Positions 42,654 through 55,252 of a DNA stretch of 64,000 nucleotides are shown piece by piece. Each line of letters opens with the position of its first letter. Positions within the stretch are counted from its first letter, which is position 1. The translations under genes were made by a program, and so were the position numbers. Source of the DNA: Heterodontus francisci. Its lineage: Eukaryota. Below the pieces are notes generated by a model, which ran no database searches, had not been told where the DNA came from, and saw only the letters and a list, made by a program, of their open reading frames with translations. The stretch covers positions 27,819,571 through 27,883,570 of the forward strand of contig NC_090373.1 of assembly GCF_036365525.1 (NCBI RefSeq). Reading direction: 5' to 3'.

Positions 42654-42891
42654 TAAATTAAAAGCAAAATACTGCGGATGCTGGAAATCTGAAACAAAAA
42701 CAAGAAATGCTGGATTCACTCAGCAGGTCTGGCAGCATCTGTGGAAAGAGAAGCAGAGTTAACGTTTCGGGTCAGTGACCCTTCTTCGGAACAGTTCCGA
42801 AGAAGGGTCACTGACCCGAAACGTTAACTCTGCTTCTCTTTCCACAGATGCTGCCAGACCTGCTGAGTGAATCCAGCATTTCTTGTTTTTG
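42654..42891. mobile_element. 238-bp palindromic non-coding Penelope derivative (two inverted hammerhead-bearing 3' ends)
   Basis: Perfect 98-bp arms 42695-42792 and 42794-42891 around one central A; about 40-nt tail on the left only; TSD TACCCTACTTGTAA at 42640-42653 and 42892-42905. Confidence 0.9.
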
Positions 42892-44275
42892 TACCCTACT
42901 TGTAAATTTGTTTCTGCACCTTTTGCAGTGCATCTGTATTATTTTTATTATATGGAGACCAGAACTGAGCACAGTGCTCAAACTGTGGTCTAACCAGGTT
43001 TAATACAAGTTTAATTTTTTTAATGACACTGTGGCAACCCAGTGTAATCCTTTTGAATTTGTTACAAAAGGCAAACCTATTTCCCTTGTCAATAGTGATT
43101 AAAAGATATTGTGTGAAACACTGTCCGATCATACAGGCTCTATCTGAGGAGAGATTCATGATGAAGTGCAATGATTTTTAAATGTTACCAGCTGCAAGTT
43201 CCCTTGAAGATCCCAGCCTGGGGTGAGCCACTGTAATCCTTATAGATTCGATAGAAATGCCAGAGGTTTGGAGATGTACTATTGTAGTAACTCATTGTGT
43301 TTAGGTGACTGATCTGGGGGGGGGGGGGGGAGCGGGGTGCGGGGTGGCATTTGGAGGGGGCCGATAACAATTACTAACAATTAGTCCCTACCTATGAATC
43401 TAGGTTGGAGTTGGAACCTGATGGGTGGAGAAAGTGGAAGAGTTTCAGGGACCCGAGTGATCCAAGAACAGGTTCTCAAGGCCCCAATAGGACAGATGGA
43501 GTCTTGTGGAACAGAGTCCAGGGCATATACAACTGCTCATTTCAAATGGAATCTTTCCTCAGAGCTGAGAGGGACTGTCAGTCTGAACCCTCTCAGGAAC
43601 AGCTCCAGTTTTAGAGTCTCGCAGTCCTACAAAATTTTGACTGTATAAAAAGATAGTCCCTGCTCCAGAGTCTTTACTGGGAAACTATTCAAGATATTGC
43701 GCTTGATACTTCCGAAAGACTCCCTAAATCTGCCATGTATAAGAAGATTGTTCACCCATTTCTTACACAGGTTAACCCTTTCATTACACTTCATCCAGAG
43801 GAAGTCTTACTCAATGATTAGCTGATTAATCTGCTGGTGTTAGTAGAAGATAGCACAAGTTTTGCCAGTTTAGATCTTTCATTACAACAACTTACATTTA
43901 TGTAGCACTTTTAATATCGTAAAACATCTATGAATCTGTAGATATATCTATCATTCTATCACTGCTAGCGAGGCCCTGAGCTTTGGAATTCTCTCCTTAA
44001 ACCTCTCTACCTCTCTTTCCTTTAAGATGCTCCTGAAAGCCGACCTTTTTACTGTTAAGGTGATATTAGCATAGGTAATAAATAAAACTTGTGTGGCTTG
44101 GTGTCGCATTTTGTTTGCTAACGTTCGTGTGAAGCACCTTGAAACGTTTTATTATGTTAAAGGCGCTGTATAAATGCAAGTTGTTGTTATTGCTGCAGGG
44201 ATACCTGACACCAATTGTAATTACTGTGGATGAATTAAACTCGATTAACTTCTGTTCCCACTTTTTCCTCAACAG

Positions 44276-44417
44276 AATCTACACCCCATTCACCGAAGAT
44301 ACTGACTCAGTTGGACAACGTATCCTGAACTCCATCCTCAACACATTAATAATGATCAGTGTTATTGTCGTAATGACTATAATTCTTGTCCTTCTTTACA
44401 AGTATCGATGTTACAAG
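44276..44417 (+). CDS. PSEN2: Presenilin-2 coding exon 3
   Basis: 142 nt, [51 protein letters not shown] bounded. Confidence 0.95.
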
Positions 44418-44966
44418 GTAGGAATTTTTAATTTAAGTTTATTATACAATTATACATTTGACGAGGAAATAGGTTTATAGCTTTCACTTATATTAAACTT
44501 AATTTTAAGAGGCCAGGTCAAAGCAGCCAGCATAATTGGCACCCCATTTACCACCTCCAACATTCACTCCCTCCACCATCAACGCACAGTGGCAGCAGTT
44601 TGTACCATTTATAAGATGCACTGCAACAACGCACCAAGGCTCCTTCAACAGCACCATCCAAACCTGCGACCTCTACCACCTAGAAGGACAGGGGCAGCAG
44701 GCGCATGGGAACATCACCACCTGCAAATTCCCCTCAAAGTTACACACTATTCTGTCTTGGAAGTATATTGCTATTTCATCATCTCTGGTCAACATCCTGG
44801 AACTCCCTTCTTAACAGCACTATGGGTGTACCTACACCATACAGACTGCAAATTTCCAAGAAGGCAGATCACTATCACCTTCTGAAGGGCAATTAGGGAT
44901 GGGCAGTAGATTCTGGCCTTGCCAGCAATGGCCACATACTATGAAAAAATGAAAAAAAAAATTGTA

Positions 44967-45310
44967 GGGTGGCGCAGTGGTGAGCACCGGAGCCTCACAG
45001 CTCCAGCGACCCGGGTTCAATTCTGGGTACTGCCTGTGTGGAGTTTGCAAGTTCTCCCTGTGACCGCGTGGGTTTCCGCCGGGTGCTCCGGTTTCCTCCC
45101 ACAGCCAAAGACTTGCAGGTTGATAGGTAAATTGGCCATTATAAATTGCGCCTAGTGTAGGTAGGTGGTAGGAGAATGGTGGGGATGTGGTAGGGAATAT
45201 GGGATTAATGTAGGATTAGTATAAATGGGTGGTTGTTGGTCGACACAGACTCGGTGGGCCGAAGGGCCTGTTTCAGTGCTGTATCTCTAAATAAAATAAA
45301 ATAAATAAAA
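44967..45310 (+). mobile_element. HE1/V-SINE-type SINE
   Basis: Same family as 2531-2912; (TAAAA)n tail. Confidence 0.85.
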
Positions 45311-45574
45311 TCCAATGTTCCTGCATTCCCAGAGTGGAGTCTCACTAACTGTGAGCAGGAGTTGGAGATAAGGCTTTACCCCCACAGGGCAGGGGTTCTG
45401 AACCGGGGTCTGTAAGAAGTTTTTTAGGGGATTTGTCAAAGTTTCTAGCAGCTGTACACGAACAAGCCCACAGAGAAGCTCCTTGGCCAGGTGGAACTTC
45501 TCTGCCACTGGGTCATTCTCTTGTCTGGGGATACAACATGTCCACTTCATGGTCTTGTAATTGGAGGACATAAT

Positions 45575-45977
45575 GGAGGCAGTGGCATAGTGATAATGTC
45601 ACTGAACTAGCAATCTAGAGGCCCAGGCTGATGGACATGGGTTCAAATCCCACTATGACAGCTGGTGGAATTTAAATTCAATTAATTAATAAAAATCTGG
45701 AATTGAAAGGCAGACTCAGTAATGGTGCCGCGAAACTACCATCGATTGTGTTAAAAACCCATCTGGTTCACTAATGTCCTTTAGGGAAGGAAATCTGCTG
45801 TCCTTACCTGGTCTGGCCTACATGTGATTCCAGACCCACAGCAATGTGGTTGACTCTTAAAATGCCCTCTGAAATGGTCTAGCAAGTCACTCAGTTCAAG
45901 GGCAATTAGGAATGGGCAACAAATTCTGGCCTTGCCAGCGACACCCACATTCCATGAAAGAATTAACAAAAAAAAAG
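45575..45977 (+). mobile_element. tRNA-derived SINE whose 3' end matches the second CR1-like LINE family
   Basis: A box GTGGCATAGTG, B box GGGTTCAAATCCC; 3' end CAAGGGCAATTAGGAATGGGCAACAAATTCTGGCCTTGCCAGCGACACCCACAT...poly(A) matches the LINE tails at about 24400, 31260 and 44885. Confidence 0.7.
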
Positions 45978-47164
45978 CCTGCACATTCGAGGGCGAGTGA
46001 AGGGAGAGGAGGACCCGGCAGAGACAGAGAGAACGGGTGGGAGGTGCCCAAGTCTGGCGAGAGGTGCAGCTGCAGTGGCAGCAGCGGCTTGGCTCCTGCT
46101 GTCTCTGATACAACATAGCTGCTGCACTGTTAAATACATATGCTCATAACAAATTGCCCAACCATAAATGAAAGGTAGGTGTCAGGAGCTGGCAGCGATT
46201 GAAGCTGAACCGAACTGGACTGGGTGGACTGTGAGAGGGTTCGTAATTACATCAGAAATCAGTCACAGAGCCCCTTTCCTTTCCCTTCCTCTGCTCACCT
46301 GCTTGGAAAGGTGAGCAAAGGAAAGGTGAATGTGTGTGTTCCTGCCTCATGTGCACACCGATCTCAGCCCCCGGCCTCCCATAGTGCCCACATGAAAGGA
46401 AGACCCAGAGCTAGTGGGTAGAAAGCCATGTGGACACGAGGAGCCAGGCTGACTACCGGTGACCTTGTTTAAACATTCAAATGAGCAAAATGTGCAAGCT
46501 GATGAAGAGCTTTCAGTGATTGATACCATTCGACACACACTAAATGAATCAGTGGGGGAGCAGGAATGAGGAAGAGTTAAAATAGCAAATAGCAAAAAAG
46601 ACATAAGGTAGTTGTTTACCTGAATAATACATAAAAAAATGATGCCTACAATCATTTCCTTCTCTCTGTTGCATGAATGAAAATAGTGTTTGGGATTATA
46701 AACTATTCACTCCATAATTCTTAGCCCCCACCACCGCCCCCGTCTCCATCCTCACCTCCAACAGTAAGTGTGATGAGCTCGTGGACTTCATTGCCACTTA
46801 AGATTGAGACCATCCAATCAGCTGCCTCTGCTGCTTCCCTCCCTTTGCCTAGCAATTATAAAAGTACTTGTGTTACAGGGAGCTCATGGAATTTTTATAA
46901 CATGGAGGAGGAGGGCGCCTCAGAAGGAAAAAGATTGAAAATTCCTGCTTTTGGGCAAATTCAACCAGCCCATACGCACGGAGTGGAGTCTCGTTAACTG
47001 GGAGCAGGAGTCAGAGACAAGGCTGTAACACTATTGGAAAAATCCTATCAGCCTACACTCCGAGAGTGGAATATCACTAATTGGGAGTGGGCATTTAAAC
47101 TTCAGTGCTATGGGCTGTGCTTTATCTGTGATAGTTTAAACACAGTCCATAATATCATATTATG

Positions 47165-47610
47165 GGCTGTCATCTATGGCTCAGTGGGTAGCACTCTCGC
47201 CTCTGAGTCATAAAGTTCTCCAGGGACTTGAACCCATGTAGGCCTACACTGTAGTGCAGTACTGAGGGAATGATGCTCTGTTGGGGGTGCAGTCTTTCAG
47301 ATGCAATGTTAAGCTGAGACCCTGTCTTCCCTCTCAGATGGATGTAAAAGTTCCCATGGCACTATTTTGCTGAAGATCAGGGGAGTTCTCCTGTGTGTCC
47401 TGGCACATATTTATCCCTCAGTCAACATTACTAAAAACAGATTATCTGGCCCTTATCACATTGCTGTCTGAGGGAGCTTGCTATACACAAATTGGCTGCC
47501 ACATTTCCTACATTACAACAGTGACTGCACTTCAAAAGTACTTCATTGGCTGCAAAGTGGTTTGGGGTGCTGTGAGGTTGTGAAAGGCACTATAAAAATT
47601 CAAGTTCGTT
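47165..47610 (+). mobile_element. Deu-domain-type SINE
   Basis: Homologous to 4921-5335. Confidence 0.7.
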
Positions 47611-47804
47611 CTAATCTGTTATTGTTCGGTGCTCCATGTACTGGAACCTGTCACAAGACTTAGTGCAGTTGGAAACGGATGTCAAGCTAGTTAGCAAGAA
47701 TTGAAAAATGTGAGGTTTTTCCTCATCAATTCCCTCCGGGTTCAGTAGCAGATCAAACAAGTGCCCTGAGACTGCTGTCTAACCAGAGTGCTTGTGTTTT
47801 CCAG

Positions 47805-47872
47805 TTTATCCATGGATGGCTGATTCTCTCCTCTCTCCTGTTGCTTTTCCTCTTCACGTACATATACCTAGG
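47805..47872 (+). CDS. PSEN2: Presenilin-2 coding exon 4
   Basis: 68 nt, FIHGWLILSSLLLLFLFTYIYLG, CCAG acceptor and GTATGT donor. Confidence 0.95.
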
Positions 47873-47947
47873 GTATGTATTTGAGCTTTTGCTCCCATTC
47901 TTCTCCAGCTTTTGCCGCTTGTGATACTTTTCCGTGATTGCAACTGA

Positions 47948-48205
<258 letters not shown>

Positions 48206-48212
48206 TAAACAG

Positions 48213-48465
48213 AGTGGGTTTCCTCCGGGTGCTCCGGTTTCCTCCCACATGCCAAAGACTTGCAGGTTGATAGGTTAATTGGCCATTATAAATTGCCCCT
48301 AGTATAGGTAGGTGGTAGGGAAATATAGGGACAGGTGGGGATGTGGTAGGAATATGGGATTAGTGTAGGATTAGTATAAATGGGTGGTTGATGGTCGGCA
48401 CAGACTCGGTGGGCCGAAGGGCCTGTTTCAGTGCTGTATCTCTAAACTAAACTAAACTAAACTAA
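48213..48465 (+). mobile_element. 5'-truncated HE1/V-SINE-type SINE
   Basis: Starts at the GTGGGTTTCCTCCGGGTG core; (CTAAA)n tail. Confidence 0.85.
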
Positions 48466-48636
48466 ACACTTTATCGCTCCGATCAAATACAGGGAAGTCT
48501 CAGGGCAGGGTTATTTTACAAACACCAAATGATGGACAGACAGCATGCATAGTAAGGTGCAACATGCATATAAAAATAGTGGAGATTGTGAAGTTATCAC
48601 AGCTGTGATAATGTCATTCTTTTATTGGTGTTCACC

Positions 48637-49055
48637 ATGCCTCAGTGGGTAGCACTCTCATCTCATGAGTCAGAAGTTCTGGATTCAAGTGCCACTCCAA
48701 AGACTTGAGCTGACACTCCCATTCTAGTACTGAGGGAGTGCTGGACTATTGGAGGTGCTGTCTTTCAAATGAGATGTTAAACCGAGGCCCCACCATCTGC
48801 CCTCTCGGGCAGGCGGAAACTGTTTCATGGCACTATTTTAAAGAAGGACAGTGGAATTCTCTCCGGTGTCCTGGCCAATATTTATCCCTCTACTAATAAC
48901 TAAAGAAAAGAACATCACTGTTTCTGTGAGCTTGCTGTGTGCAAATTAACTGCTGCATTTTCTCTATTACAATAGTGACTGCACCTTCAAAATACCTCTG
49001 GCTGTGAACGCTTTGGGATGTCCTGTGGTCACACTATAGAAATTCAAGTCTTTAT
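48637..49055 (+). mobile_element. Deu-domain-type SINE
   Basis: Homologous to 4921-5335 and 47165-47610. Confidence 0.65.
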
Positions 49056-49183
49056 TGTCATTAAATGTCTAGAGAATAGAAATTAAAGCAGGATAGTAGT
49101 TAATACCACCATTAAGTTACCAGACAGAGGAATGTCACGTGGCCATATTTTGTGACTGTCACCTACGGCAGTTTTGATTATAG

Positions 49184-49345
<162 letters not shown>

Positions 49346-49436
49346 TAATTTCATCTTCACACTTCGATGTTTTAAAACTAAACATCACTATTGATTGTAA
49401 AGAATGGAAATATCCCCAAATGCGAGAGAATGTGAC

Positions 49437-51375
49437 AAAGGTTCAGTGTAATAGAGATGGTGTTGGGATGTTGGGGTTCAGTGTAATAGAGATGGTTTTT
49501 GGGGGATTGGGGTTCAGTGTAATAAAGATGGAGTTGGGATGTTGAGGTTCAGTGTAATAGAGATGGTTTTGGGGGATTGGGGTTCAGTGTAATAGAGATG
49601 AAGTTGGGGGATCTTGGGGTTCAGGGTAATAGAGATGGAGTTGGGGGTTGGGGTTCAGGGCAATAGAGATGGCGTTAGGGGTTGGGGTTCAGGGTAATAG
49701 AGATGGAGTTGGGGGATCCTGGGGTTCAGGGTAATAGAGATGGAGTTGGGGTTCAGGGTAATAGAGATGGAGTTGGGGTTGGGGTTCAGTGTAATTGAGA
49801 TGGAGGTGGGGGTTGGGGTTCAGGGTAATAGAGATGGCTTTAGGGGTTGGGGTTCAGTGTAATTGAGATGGTGTTGGGGTTTGGGGTTCAGGGTAATAGA
49901 GATGGCTTTAGGGGTTGGGGTTCAGGGTAATAGAGATGATGTTAGGGGTTGGGGTTCAGGGTAATAGAGATGGTGTTAGGGGTTGGGTTCAGGGTAATAG
50001 CGATGGAGTTGGTGGTTGGGGTTCAGGGTAACAGAGGTGGAGTTGGGGGAGTGGGGTTCAGGGTAATAGAGATGGTGTTAGGGGTTGGGGTTCAGTGTAA
50101 TTGAGATGGAGCTGGGGGTTGGGGTTCAGAGTAACAGAGGTGGAGTTGGGGGTTGGGGTTCAGGGTAATAGAGATGGTTTTAGGGGTTGGGGTTCAGCAT
50201 AATTGAGATGGAGATGGAGGTGGGGGTTGGGGTTCAGGGTAATAGAGATGGTGTTGGGGGATCCTGGGGTTCAGGGTAATAGAGATGGAGTTGGGGGAAT
50301 CTTGGGGTTCAGGGTAATAGAGATGGAGTTGGGGGAATCTTGGGGTTCAGGGTAATAGAGATGGTGTTAGGGGTTGGGTTCAGGGTAATAGCGATGGAGT
50401 TGGTGGTTGGGGTTATAGAGATGGTGTTAGGGGTTGGGGTTCAGGGTAATAGAGATGGTGTTAGGGGTTGGGATTCAGTGTAATAGAGATGGTATTGGGG
50501 GTTGGGGTTCAGTGTAATAGAGATGGTATTGGGGGTTGGGGTTCAGTGTAATAGAGATGGTATTGGGGGTTGGGGTTCAGTGTAATAGAGATGGAGGTGG
50601 GGTTCAGGGTAATAGAGATGGAGTTGGGGTTCAGGGTAATAGAGATGGAGTTGGGGTTCAGGGTAATAGAGATGGTGTTAGGGGTTGGGGTTCAGAGTAA
50701 TAGAGATGGTGTTGGGGTTCAGGGTAATAGAGATGGAGTTGGGGTTCAGGGTAATAGAGGTGGAGTTGGGGGATTAGGGTTCAGGGTAATTGAGATGAAG
50801 GTGGGGGATTGGGGTTCAGGGTAATAGAGATGTTGGGGGATTGGGGTTCAGTGTAATAGAGATGATTTTGGGGTTCAGGGTAATAGAGATGGAGTTGGGG
50901 TTCAGGGTAATAAAGATGGAGTTGAGGTTCAGGGTAATAGAGATGGTGTTGGGGGTTGGGGTTCAGGGTAATAGAGATGGTGTTGGGGGATTAGGGTTCA
51001 GGGTAATAGAGATGGTTTTGGGGTTCAGGGTAATAGAGATGGAGTTGGGGTTCAGGGTAATAAAGATGGAGTTAAGGTTCAGGGTAATAGAGATGGTGTT
51101 GGGGTTCAGGGTAATAGAGAGATGGTGTTAGGGGTTGGGGTTCAGGGTAATAGAGATGGTGTTGGGGTTCAGGGTAATAGAGATGGAGTTGGGGGTTGGG
51201 CTTCAGGGTAATAGCGATGGAGTTGGGGGTTGGGGTTCAGGGTAATAGAGGTGGAGTTGGGGGATTGGGGTTCAGGGCAATAGAGATGGAGTTGGGGGTT
51301 GAGGTTCAGTGAAATAGAGATGGAGTTGGGGTATTGGGGTTCAGGGTAATAGAGATGGTGTTGGAGGTTGGGGTA
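49437..51375 (+). repeat. About 1.9-kb G-rich minisatellite, 27-37-bp unit GGGGTTCAGGGTAATAGAGATGGAGTT(GGGGGTT)
   Basis: Tandem array visible directly in the PSEN2 intron after coding exon 6. Confidence 0.95.
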
Positions 51376-51711
51376 CAGATGAATGAAAATGACAGCTGCA
51401 GAGAAAAGTGACAGAGTGCTCATTAGGAGTTTCAATTACTGATGTCAACACCAGTACTTTGATTTCACCATTTGGCTGGATGTTATACGTCCACTGGCTT
51501 CCTATTTGCTTGTACATCGAAGGCTGGTTCTGTGAAATGGCTCCCCCGAGACGTAACGTGTCCGAGATTTCTGAGATTCTCTGCTTGGGAGCGCCGGATC
51601 ACAGACCCACCCTGTAGAATCTGGAATACTTATGGAAAACGAGCGCAAGTCAAACTTCTCTTGATCGGAATAAGTGAACACTCTGCCCTGACCAGTTCAT
51701 TTTCTCTGCAG

Positions 51712-51789
51712 CTACCATGGTTTGGTTGGTGACGATGGCAAAGCGAGATGTGAGCACTGAGGAGCCACTGAACAACACCTGTAATGCAG
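51712..51789 (+). CDS. PSEN2: Presenilin-2 coding exon 7 (endoproteolysis region)
   Basis: 78 nt, (S)TMVWLVTMAKRDVSTEEPLNNTCNA; polypyrimidine-CAG acceptor and GTTGGT donor, phase 1-1. Confidence 0.88.
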
Positions 51790-53012
51790 GTTGGTGTAAG
51801 ATGGGTATTGGAGGAATCGTAATAAGGCACTTTAACATCTTAGAAACTAGTAGGTGGACTACTTGTTGAGTGCAGCTACCAGACTCTTGTATCAGGTTAT
51901 TTCAATCACCACATTCTAGTCATAGGTTAGCATGGAATCCTAGCAGCACAGAGAGAGGCCATTCAGCCACCCTGCTTGTGCTGGCTCTTTGATTGAGCTA
52001 TCCCTAATTGCCCTTGAGAAGGTAGTGGTGATCCATCTTGAACTACTGCAGTCTGTGTGTTGAAGGTGCTCCCACAGTGCTGGTGTAGGAGGCCATTTAG
52101 TTAGATCATGGCCAAGCTGAACCTTAACTCCATTTACCCGCCTTGGTTCCTTAACCCTTACCGAACAAAAATCTATCAATCTCCGTTTTACATTTTCAGT
52201 TGCCCCCACCTTCCCGCCCCGCCTTAGTCTCATCATCCATTTAAGGGGGAGAGAGCCTGATTTCCTCTACCCCGTGTGTGAAGACGTGCATCCTGACATC
52301 ACCCCTGCACGGCCGAGCTCTAATTTTAAGGTTATGCGCCCTTGTTCTGGTCTCTTCCTCCAGAGGAAATAGCTTTTCTTTATCTACCTTATGAACACCT
52401 TTAATCATCTTAAAACACCTCAATCAGGACACCCCTTAATCTTATCAACATAGGAGAAATACAAATCTTTGTTTTCAACCTTTCCTCATAATTTAACCCT
52501 TTTAGTTATCATGGTGAATCAGTGCTGCACCCCCTCCAAGGCCAGTATACCCTTCTCTGGTGCAGTGCCCAGAACTGAAAGTAGTGCATTAAGTGGAGGT
52601 ATAACCAAAGTCCCTGTACAGCTGTAACATAACTTTCATCCCTTTGTATTCCAGCCCCCTTGAGATGAGTCTCACTTCCTCACTCTTTCTTCATAGCCTT
52701 TCAATTTTTTTTTGTATTTCCATCTTTTCGACTTGGACAAATAACCATTCCTTCATTGTTGCTGTGTCAAAATCCTGGAACTCCCTACCTAACAGCACTG
52801 TAGGAGTACCTGTACCACATGGACTGCAACAAGATGGTTCACCACCACTTTCTCAAGGGGCAACTTAGGGATAGGCAATAAATGCCAGCCTTGCCAGTGA
52901 TGCCCACACCCCGACCATAGGAAGGCGGGGCACTGCGAGGATGGATGTGTCGGGAGGCTAATGGTAGGAGTGTGGGAGCCAGGAGTTTGAGGCAAGTGGA
53001 TCATACAAGACA

Positions 53013-54985
53013 AAAACTAAGGCATAGCATATTGCAAAGGCAGGCTGGAAGATTGGGAAACTTGTAAAGATCAACAAAGGGTTACTAAAAAAGTAATAAA
53101 AAGAGCCAAGGTAAATTATGAAAGAAAACTAGTGCAATATATAAAACCGGATAGCAAAAGCTTCTATAAGTATATATAAGGGAAGAGAGTAGCTAAAGTG
53201 AATGTTGGTCCCTTGGAGGATGAGACTGGGGAGTTAATAGAGGGGAACACAGAAATGGCAGAGACACTAAATCAGTATTTTGCCTCAGTTTTCATGGTGG
53301 AGGACACTAGTACCATCCCAATAGTAACAGGTAATGCAGAGGTTATAGAAAGGGAGGAACTTAGAACAATCATCATCACTAGGAAAAAAGTACTGAGCAA
53401 ACTATTGGGATTGAAGGCAGACAAGTCCCCAGGGCCTGATGGCCTACATCCTAGGGTCTTAAAGGAAGTGGCAGCGGAGATAGTGGATCCATTGGTTATA
53501 ATATTGCAAAATTCCCTGGATGCGGGAAAGGTTCCAGTGGATTGGAAAAAAAGCTAATATAACACCCTTATTCAAAAAGGGAGGGAGGCAGAAAGTAGGA
53601 AACTATAGACCAGTTAGTTTAACATCTGTCGTTGTGAAATTGTTTGAATCCATTATTAAGGAAGTAATAACAGGACATTTAGAAAGTCAAAACGCAATCC
53701 ATCAGAGTCAGCATGGTTTTATGAAGGGTAAATCGTGTTTGACGAATTTGCTAGAGTTCTTCGAAGCTGTAACAAGCAAAGTGGATAATGGGGATCCTGT
53801 AGATGTAGTATATCTGGACTTCCAGAAGGCATTTGATAAGGTGCCGCACAAAAGGTTAATACACAAGGTAAGATCACATGGGGTTAGGGGCAATTTATTA
53901 GCTTGGATAGAGGATTGGCTAACCAACTGAAAACAGAGAGTCGGGATAAATGGATCCTTTTCTGGTTGGCAAGATGTAACTAGTGGGGTGCCACAGGGTT
54001 CGGTCCTCAGGTCCCAACTATTTACAATCTATATTAGTGACTTGGATGCAGGGATAGAAGGTACTATAGCCAAATTTGCAGATGACACTAAAATAGGTGG
54101 GATAGTAAGTTGCAATAAAGAAATAAGAAATTTACAAATGGATAGGTTAGGTGAATGGGCGAAAATTTGGCAGATGGAGTTTAACGTGGATAAGTGTGAG
54201 GCTATCCATTTTGGTTGGAAGAATAGAAAGGCAAATTATCTAAATGGAGAAAAGCTTCAGAGTGCTTCGGTGCGGAGGGATCTGGGTGTCCTCGTGCATG
54301 AATCGGTATGTAGGTACAGCAGGTAATCAGGAAGGCAAATGGAATTTTGGCATTTATTGCTAAAGGAATAGAATATAAAAGTAGGGAAGTGTTGCTGCAA
54401 CTGTACAAGGCATTGGTGAGACCGCACCTGGAGTATTGCGTACAGTTTTGGTCCCCTTGAGGAGTGGTGTAGTTGCATTGGAGGCAGTTCAGAGGAGGTT
54501 CACTAGATTGATTCCAGAGATGAGGGGTTTGTCTTATGAAGAGAGATTGAGCAGTTTAGGCCTTTACTCTCTCTCGAGTTTAGAAGAATGAGAGGAGATC
54601 TAATGGAGGTATATAAGATGATTAAGGGGATTGACAAAGTAGACGTAGAGAGGATGTTTCCTCTTGTGGGGAAATCTAGAATGAGAGGTCATAGTTTTAG
54701 GATAAGGGGTAGCAGATTTAAAACAGAGATGAGGAGAAATTACTTCTCTCTAAGGGTTGAGAGTCTGTGGAATTCACTACCCCAGAGTGTGGTGGATGCT
54801 GGGACATTGAGTAAATTTAAGGAGGAGATAGACAGATTTTTAATTAGTAAAGGGTTGAAGGTTATGGAGAACGGACAGGAAAGTGGAGTTGAGGCCGAGA
54901 TGAGATCAGCCATAATCGTATTGAATGGCGGAGTAGACTCGAGGGGCTGAATTGCCTACTCCTGCTCCTAGTTCTTATGTTCTTT
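53013..54985 (+). mobile_element. CR1-clade LINE, 5'-truncated, frameshifted
   Basis: [57 protein letters not shown]; tail TTCTTATGTTCTT. Confidence 0.9.
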
Positions 54986-55117
54986 TCATATGATGAAACC
55001 TCCAGGGAAATGTACGGCCAAAGTTGGCAATCCGTCTTACTTTTTTTAAATTGGAATTTTTAGCTGACATTCTTTCAATTGGGTTAGGTGCTGACGTCCT
55101 CCTGCTTTTCTGTCTAG

Positions 55118-55252
55118 AGAATTATCCTGATGTGGAGATTGAGGCAAATCACCAACCTGCCCGAGCACCGGATGATGTCGCTGTTTTGCCTCAGACCCAA
55201 ATCGAAGGGGTGCGCCAGTCAGCTGCTGGGGTAGAGGAATTAGAGGAGGAAA
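55118..55252 (+). CDS. PSEN2: Presenilin-2 coding exon 8 (cytosolic loop)
   Basis: 135 nt, phase 1-1, (E)NYPDVEIEANHQ...GVEELEEE; TAG acceptor and GTATGT donor; acidic ELEEE end as in PSEN2. Confidence 0.8.

Noticed and set aside
42654-42891. Ordinary DNA-transposon MITE or pre-miRNA
   Set aside because: The arms are Penelope 3' ends, the ends are asymmetric (tail on one side), the TSD is 14 bp, and the stem is perfect with no loop.
49437-51375. Interstitial telomere or the ORFs 50570-51435
   Set aside because: No pure (TTAGGG)n run; the telomere-like words sit inside a longer unit and the ORFs are repeat translations.
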